From the NCBI RefSeq assembly GCF_009914755.1, contig NC_060940.1: 64,000 nucleotides of DNA. One strand, 5' to 3'. The notes under the pieces are model-generated. The model was not told the DNA's origin, ran no database searches, and saw nothing but the letters and a program-made list of their open reading frames with translations. The DNA comes from the human T2T-CHM13v2.0 reference genome, Homo sapiens. The position numbers were made by a program, and so were the translations under genes. Each line of letters starts with the position of its first letter. Within the stretch, counting starts at the first letter, position 1. Positions 55,601 to 64,000 of the stretch are shown piece by piece.

Positions 55601-58600
55601 TAGAGTCCATTCGATGATTTCATTCGAGTCCTTTCATTGATTCCATCCGATTTCATTTGATGATGACTCCATTCGAGTCCATTCGATGATTCCACTCGAT
55701 TCCATTAGATGATTCCATTGGAGTCCATTTCATTGTTCCATTCGATTCCATTCGATTCCTTTCGAAGATTATTCCATTTGAGTCCATTCGATGATGATTA
55801 CATTCCATTCCATTCGATGATTCCATTTGATTCCATTTGATGATTCCCTTCGATTCCTTTCTTTGATGACTGCATTCCATTCCATTCAATGTTTCCATTC
55901 GAATCTATTCCATGATGATTCCTTTCGATTCCATTCGCTGATGTTTCCGTTCAATTCCATTCGATGATGATTCCATTCGATTCCATTCATTGAGGATTCC
56001 ATTTGATTCCATTCTATGATGATTCCGTTCTATTCCATTCAATGATTGCATTCAATTCCATTCAATGATTATCCCATTAGAGTAAACTCAACGATTCCAT
56101 TCAATACCATTCGATGATGATTCCTTTTGAGTTCATTCAATGATTTCATTCAAGTCCATTTGATGATTCCTTTCAATTCCATTCTATGATGATTCCATTC
56201 GAGTCCATTCGATGATTCCATTCGATTGCATTCCATGATTCCATTATATTCCATTCAACGGTGATTCCATTCGAGTCCATTCGATGATTCCATTAGAGTA
56301 CATTTAATGATTGCTTTGTTTTCAATTCGAAGATGATTACATTCGATTCCATTCTATGATACCATTCGATTCCATTCAATGATGATTCCACTCAAATCCA
56401 TTGGATGATTCCATTCGTGTCCATTCGGTGATTTCATTAGATTCCATTCGAGGATGATTCCTTTCGATTCCATTCGATGATTCCATTCAATTCCATTCGA
56501 TGATGATTCCATTCGAGTCCATATGATCATTCCATTTGATTTCATTCGATGATGATTCCATTCGATTCCATTCGATGATTCCATTCTATTCCTTTCGATG
56601 ATGATTCCATTCGAGTCCATTCGATGATTCCATTCGAGTCCATTTAATGATTCCATTGGGTTCAATTCGATGATGATTACATTGGATTCCGTTCTATGAT
56701 TCCATTCAATTCCGTTCATTGACAATTTGATTCCATTCGATGATGATTCCATTTGAGTTCATTCGATGATTCTATTCGATTCTCTTCGATGGTGATTCAA
56801 TTATATTATATTGGATGATGCCATTCGATTCCATTTGATGTTGATTCAATTCGATTCTATTCGATGATGATTCCATTGGATTTCACTTGATGATTCTATT
56901 CGATTCCATTCAATGATGATTCACTTCTCGTCCATTGGATGGTTCCATTTCATTCCATTCGATGATGATTCCATTCGATTCCATTCGATGATTCCATTTG
57001 ATTCCATTCGACGGTGACCAATTCGATTCAATTCCATGATGATTCTATTTGATTCAATTAGATGATGTTTCCATTCGAATCCATTCCATGATTATTCCAT
57101 TGGAATCCATTCGGCGATGATTCCATATGAGTCAATTCAATGATGATTCCATATGGGTCCGTTCGATGATAATTCCATTTGATTTCATTCGATGCTTCTA
57201 TTCAATTCCAGTTGATGATGATTCCGTTGGAGTCCATACGATGATTCCATTTGATTTCATTTGATGATGATTCCATTCGATTCCATTCGATGATGATTAC
57301 ATTGGATTCCATTCTATGATTCCATTCAATTCCATTCGTTGATGATTCGATTCCATTCAATGATGATTCCATTTGAGTTCATTCGATGATTCTATTCGAT
57401 TCCGTTCGATGGTGATTCAATTCTCTTATATTGGATGATTCCACTCGATTCCATTTGATGATTATTCCATTGGAGTCCACTTAGTGAATCCTTTAGATTC
57501 TACTCGAAGATGATTCCATTCGAGTCCATTCGATGGTACCATTCAATTCCATTCGTTGATGCTTCCATTCAAGTGCATTCGATATCATTCGATTCCATTT
57601 GATGATAATTCCATTTGATTCCATGCGATGATTCTATTCGATTCCATTCAATGATAATTCCATTCAATTCAGTGATTCCTCTGGACTCCATTTGATGATG
57701 ATTCCATTCAATGATTCCATTCGATTCTATTCGAAAATGATTCCATTTGAATCCATTTGATGATGATTCCATTAGATTCCATTTGATGATTCTATTCGAT
57801 TCCATTCGACGATGATTCCATTCGATTCCATTTGATGATTCCATTCTATTCTATTCGATGATGATTCCATTCGATTCCATTCGATGATGATTGGATTCGA
57901 TTCCATTTGATGATTTCATTTGATTCCATTCGATAATGATTTTGATCAATTCCATTCGATGATTCCATTCGATTCCATTCGATAATGATTACATCCGAGT
58001 CCATTCGATGATTCCATTTGAGCCCGTTCGATAATTCCATTTGAGTCCAATCAATGATTGCATTCATTTCCATTCAATGATTCCATTCGAGTCCATTTGA
58101 TCATTCCGGTAGGGTCCGTTCGATGTTGATTCCATTGGAGTGCATTCGATGATTCCATTCGAGTCCAATTTATGATTTGGTTCGAGTCCTTTCGATGATT
58201 CCATTCGATTCCACTCGATGATGATTTCATTCGAGTCCATTCGACACTTCCAATCGATTCCATTTGATGTTTCCTTTCGAGTCCAATTGATGATTCCATT
58301 CAATTCCATTCGATGATGATTCCGTACGATTCCACTCTGTGATGATTCCAAGTGATTGCATTCAATGATGATTCCTTTCGATTGCATTCGATTATGATTC
58401 ATTTCGTGTTCATTCTATGGTTCCACAGGTTTCCATTCGTGTCCATTCCATTATTCCATTCTATTCCATTTGATGATGATTCCATTCGATTCCATTCATT
58501 GGTGATTCCACTCAATTCCATTCAATGATTCCATTCCATTTCTTTCAACAATGATTCCATTAGTTTCTAATCGATGATCCACTTGATTCCATTTGACGAC

Positions 58601-58781
58601 GATTCCATTCTTGTCCATTCGATGATTCCATTTGATTCCATATGATGATGATTCCATTCGATTCCATACCATGATGATTCCATTCGAGTCCATTCAATGG
58701 TGATTCCATTCAATTCCATTCGATGATTCCTTTCGATTCCATTCAATGATGATGGCATTCGATTCCTTTCAATCATTCCCT
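52663..58781 (+). repeat. Higher-order unit 9, 6119 bp (6122 - 3)
   Basis: Marker ORF ends at 52672 and 58791; one GAT lost at ~57581 (GTGCATTCGATATC versus GTGCATTCGATGATATC). Confidence 0.92.
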
Positions 58782-61700
58782 TTGATTCCATTCAAAGGTG
58801 ATTTCATTCAAGTCCATTCGATAATTGCATTCGATTCCATTCTATGATGATTCCATTCGAGTCCATTTGATGATTCCATTCAATTCAAGTCAATGATGAT
58901 TCCATTCAATTCCATTCGATGATTCCATTGGATTCCATTCGATGATGATTCCATTCAAATCCATTCGATAATTCAATTCAAGTCCATTCGATGATGATTC
59001 CAATCGAATCCATTCAAAGATTCCATTCTGTTCCATTCGATGATTCCCTTAGATTCCATTCGATGATTCCACTTGATTGCATTTACGATGATTCCATTCG
59101 ATTCCATGTGATGATTCCATTCAATTCTATTCAATGATGTCTCCATTTGATTCCATTCGACCATGATTGCCTTTGATTCCATTCAATGATTCCATTCGGT
59201 TCCGTTTGATGATGATTCCGTTCGATTCCATTTGATGATTCCATTTGATTCCATTGGATGAGTCCATTCGATTACATTCGATGATTATTCCATTCGAGTG
59301 CATTAGATGATTCCATTCGAGTCCATTCGATGATTCCATTCGATTCCATTCGATGTTGATTCTGTTCAAATCCATTCGATGATTCCACTCGATTCCATTC
59401 GTTGACTCCATTTGATCCCATTTGATGATTTCCTTTGATTCCCTTTGATGATCATTCCATTTGATTCAATTCGGTGATTTCATTTGATTCCATTCAGTGA
59501 TGTTTCCATTCGACTCCATTCGATGATGATTCCATTCGACTCCATTCGATTATGATTTCATTCAATTCCATTCGATAATGATTCCCTTCGAGTCCATTCG
59601 ATGATTCCATTCGATTCCATTCAACGATGATTTGATTCGTGTCCATTCGATGATTCCATTTGATTCCACTTGACGATGATTCCATTCGAGTCCATTTGAT
59701 GATTCCATTCAATTCCATACTCCGATGATTTCTTTTGAGCCCACTCAATGCTTCCACTCGATTCCATATGATGATGACTCCATTCGATGAAATTCGATGA
59801 TGATTCCATTCGCTTGCTTTCGATGATGATTCCACTTGAGTCCGTTAGAAGATTCTATTCAATTACATTCCATGACGATTCCGTTCGAGTCCATTTGATG
59901 ATTCCATTAGACTCCATTCGACGATGATTCCATTCGATGTTATTCCATGATTCCATTCGATCTCATTCGATGATGATTCCATTCAACTCCATTCGATGTT
60001 TCCATTCGAGTTCATTCTATTATTCCATTAGATTCCATTCGATGATGATTCCATTCGATTCCATTTGATGATTGCATTCTATTTCATTTGATGATGATTC
60101 CATTCGAGTCCACTCGATGATTCCATTCGAGTCCATTTAATGAATCCATTGGTTTCAATTCTATGATGATTACATTGGATTACATTCGTTGATGATTTCA
60201 TTCGGTTCCATTCAATGATGATTCCATTCAATTCCTTTCAATGTTTCCATTCAATTCCATACGATGATGATTCCATTTGATTTGATTCGACAGTGAGCCA
60301 TTCGATTCAATTCCATGATGATTCTATTTGATTCAATTGGTTGACATTTCCATTCGATTCCATTCGATGATGATTCCCTTTGATTCCGTTCAAAGATGAT
60401 TCCATTCTAGCCCATTCAATCATTCCATTCGATTCTATTCAATGATGATTCCATTCATGTCGATTTGGTGATTCCATTTGACTTCATTTGATGATGATTC
60501 CTTTCAAGTTCATTAGATGATTCCATTCGATTCCATTTGATGATGATCCCATTCGAGTCCATTCAGTGATTCCATTCGTTTCCATTCCATGATGATTCCA
60601 TTCCTTTCCATTCAATGATTCCATTCGATTCCGTTTGATGATGATTTCATTCGAGTCCATTTGATGATTCCATTTGATTCCATTCGATGATGATTCCATT
60701 CGAGTCCATTCGATGATTCTATTCGAATCCATTTGATGATTTCTTTTGATTATTTTTGGTGATGATTCCATTGGAGTCCATTCAATGATTCCATTCTATT
60801 CCAATCGATGATGATTCCATTAGAGTCCATTTAATGATTCCATTGGATTCCAGTCTCTGATGATTACATTCGAGTCCATACGATGATTCCACTCAATTCC
60901 ATATGATGATGATTCCATTTGATTCCATTCGGTGATTCCATTCTATTCTATTCAATGGTGATTCCATTCGAGTACATTAGATGATTCCATTCGATTCCAT
61001 TCAATGATGATTCTATTTGTGTCCCTTAGATGATTCCACATGATTCCATTACATGATGATACTATTTGAGCCCATCCAATGATTCCCTTCGATTCCATTC
61101 GATGAGGATTCCATTCGATTCAATTCATTGGTGATTCTATTCAATTCAATTCTTTGATTCCATTCCATTCCATTCGACAATGATTCCATTCGATTTCTTT
61201 CGATGATTCCACTCGATTCCACTTGACATTGATTCCATTCGATTCCATTCAATGATTCCATTTGATTCCAGTGGATGATGATTGCCATCGATTCCATTCG
61301 ATCACTCCATTCTATTCCATTTGATGATGATTACATTCGATTCCATTTGATGATTCCATCTGATTCTATTCGAGGATTCCATTTGATTCCATTCGATGAT
61401 GATTCCATTCGAGTCCATTTGATGATTTCATTCGAGTACATCCAATGATTCCATTCGAGTCCATTAGATGATTCCATTTGATTCCATTTGAAAATGATTC
61501 TACTAGAGTCCATTCAATGACTCCATTCGAGTCCATTCAACAATTCCATTCGACTCCATTCGATGATTCCATTCGATTCCATTTGATGGTTCCATTCGAG
61601 TCCATTTAATCATTACAGTCGAGTCCATTTGGTGATTCCAATGGATTTCTTTTGATAATGATACCATTCCATTACATTTGATGATGATCCCATTCAATTT

Positions 61701-64000
61701 CATTTGATGATGATTCCATTAGAGTCCATTCGATGATTTCATTCGAGTCCCTTCATTGATTCCATCCGATTTCATTGGATGATGACTCCATTCGAGTCCA
61801 TTCGATGATTCCACTCGATTCCATTAGATGACTCCATTGGAGTCCATTTGATTGTTCCATTCGATTCCATTCGATTCCTTTCGAAGATTATTCCATTTGA
61901 GTCCATTCGATGATGATTCCATTCCATTCCATTCGATGATTCCGTTTGATTCCATTCGATGATTCCCTTCGATTCCTTTCTTTGATGATTCCATTCCATT
62001 CCATTCAATGATTCCATTCAAATCTATTCCATGATGATTCCTTTCGATTCCATTCGCTGATGTTTCCGTTCAATTCCATTCGATGATGATTCCATTCGAT
62101 TCCATTCATTGAGGATTCCATTTGATTCCATTCAATGATGATTCCATTCTATTCCATTCAATGATTGCATTCAATTCCATTCAATGATTATCCCATTAGA
62201 GTAAACTCAACGATTCCATTCAATACCATTCAATGATGATTCCTTTTGAGTCCATTCAATGATTTCATTCAAGTCCATTTGATGATTCCTTTCAATTCCA
62301 TTCTATGATGATTCCATTCGAGTCCATTCGATGATTCCATTCGATTGCATTCGATGATTCCATTATATTCCATTCAACGGTGATTCCATTCGAGTCCATT
62401 CCATGATTCCATTAGAGTACATTTAATGATTGCTTTGTTTTCAATTCGAAGATGATTACATTGGATTCCATTCTATGATACCATTCGATTCCATTCAATG
62501 ATGATTCCACTCAAATCCATTGGATGATTCCATTCGTGTCCATTCGGTGATTTCATTAGATTCCATTCGAGGATGATTCCATTCGATTCCATTCGATGAT
62601 TCCATTCAATTCCATTCGATGATGATTCCATTCCAGTCCATATGATCATTCCATTTGATTTCATTCGATGATGATTCCATTCAATTCGATTCGACGATTC
62701 CATTCTATTCCATTCGATGATGATTCCATTCGAGTCCATTCGATGATTCCATTCGAGTCCATTTAATGATTCCATTGGGTTCAATTCAATGATGATTACA
62801 TTGGATTCCGTTCTATGATTCCATTCAATTCCGTTCATTGACAATTTGATTCCATTCGATGATGATTCCATTTGAGTTCATTCGATGATTCTATTCGATT
62901 CTCTTCGATGGTGATTCAATTCTATTATATTGGATGATTCCATTCGATTCCATTTGATGTTGATTCAATTCGATTCTATTCGATGATGATTCCATTGGAT
63001 TTCACTTGATGATTCTATTCGATTCCATTCAATGATGATTCACTTCTCGTCCATTGGATGATTCCATTTCATTCCATTCGATGATGATTCCATTCGATTC
63101 CATTCGATGATTCCATTTGATTCCATGCGACGGTGAGCAATTCGATTCAATTCCATGATGATTCTATTTGATTCAATTAGATGATGTTTCCATTCGAATC
63201 CATTCCATGATTATTCCATTGGAATCCATTCGGCGATGATTCCATATGAGTCAATTCAATGATGATTCCATATGGGTCCGTTCGATGATAATTCCATTTG
63301 ATTTCATTCGATGCTTCTATTCTATTCCAGTCGATGATGATTCCGTTGGAGTCCATACGATGATTCCATTTGATTTCATTTGATGATGATTCCATTCGAT
63401 GATGATTACATTGGATTCCATTCTATGATTCCATTCAATTCCATTCGTTGATGATTCGATTCCATTCAATGATGATTCCATTTGAGTTCATTCGATGATT
63501 CTATTCGATTCCGTTCGATGGTGATTCAATTCTCTTATATTGGATGATTCCACTCGATTCCATTTGATGATTATTCCATTGGAGTCCACTTAGTGAATCC
63601 TTTAGATTCTACTCGAAGATGATTCCATTCGAGTCCATTCGATGGTACCATTCAATTCCATTCGTTGATGCTTCCATTCAAGTGCATTCGATGATATCAT
63701 TCGATTCCATTTGATGATAATTCCATTTGATTCCATGCGATGATTCTATTCGATTCCATTCAATGATAATTCCATTCAATTCAGTGATTCCTCTGGACTC
63801 CATTTGATGATGATTCCATTCAATGATTCCATTCGATTCTATTCGAAAATGATTCCATTTGAATCCATTTGATGATGATTCCATTAGATTCCATTTGATG
63901 ATTCTATTCGATTCCATTCGACGATGATTCCATTCGATTCCATTTGATGATTCCATTATATTCTATTCGATGATGATTCCATTCGATTCCATTCGATGAT
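58782..64000 (+). repeat. Higher-order unit 10, truncated by the window end
   Basis: ORF set matches unit 8 at offset 14311 (46173/60484, 47020/61331, 48866/63177). Confidence 0.9.

Larger units (their letters stand above)
1..64000 (+). repeat. Human Satellite II (HSat2/HSATII) tandem array, CATTC strand on +; probably the 6.1-kb-period HSat2B array of chr16 pericentromeric heterochromatin (16q11.2)
   Basis: Continuous diverged (CATTC)n with the HSat2-diagnostic CATTCGATTC / CATTCGAGTC / GATGATGATTC motifs and dense TCGA sites; no non-satellite sequence and no strand switch seen. The chr16 assignment rests on the established ~6.1-kb period of HSat2B and is less certain than the family call. 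Confidence 0.97.

Noticed and set aside
35275-63900. Single clean 14,314-bp tandem duplication
   Set aside because: The offsets fit, but 49.6-50.8 kb matches unit 7 rather than unit 6, and 63.5-63.9 kb differs in lineage from 49.2-49.6 kb, so more than one event is needed.
346-63956. Numerous 60-132 aa minus-strand ORFs (MESSSNGIEWNHR-like)
   Set aside because: These are the expected translation of the ATG-rich, stop-poor GAATG strand of HSat2. They are low-complexity, overlap in several frames and open or close with single substitutions. I used them only as positional markers.
1-64000. CRISPR-like array or repeat-spacer system
   Set aside because: There are no unique spacers between the repeats and no cas genes; the variable parts are diverged copies of the same module.
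1-64000. HSat3 / heat-shock (HSF1) satellite or alpha satellite
   Set aside because: Pure CATTC runs are at most about three copies and CATTCGATTC/GATGAT dominate, which indicates HSat2; there is no 171-bp monomer or CENP-B box.
1-64000. Inversion within the array
   Set aside because: No GAATG-oriented tract was seen on the + strand.

Overview
The whole 64 kb is one uninterrupted, single-orientation array of human-type classical Satellite II (HSat2/HSATII). It is built from CATTC-derived modules (CATTCGATTC, CATTCGATGATTC, CATTCGATGATGATTC; 10/13/16 bp, giving the 23/26-bp HSat2 monomers). It has no genes, transposons or RNA genes; all ORFs are artefacts of translating the GAATG strand. The array has a ~6.1-kb higher-order unit (reference copy 26115-32226 = 6112 bp), which fits the HSat2B array of 16q11.2 (locus assigned from recalled knowledge, not from a search). 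Measured from a unique marker, the unit lengths are 7576, 5542, 6128, 6868, 6112, 6122, 6122, 8192 and 6119 bp, and each deviation can be accounted for to the base. The causes are a 570-bp microhomology deletion, two independent ~2.05-kb out-of-register junctions at nearly the same positions in the unit, a mosaic unit with an 882-bp foreign HSat2 patch and a templated insertion, and 3/10/16-bp module indels. An emerging ~12.2-kb dimeric super-repeat occupies the 3' half. I see no new protein-coding system; the interest lies in the record of satellite recombination.
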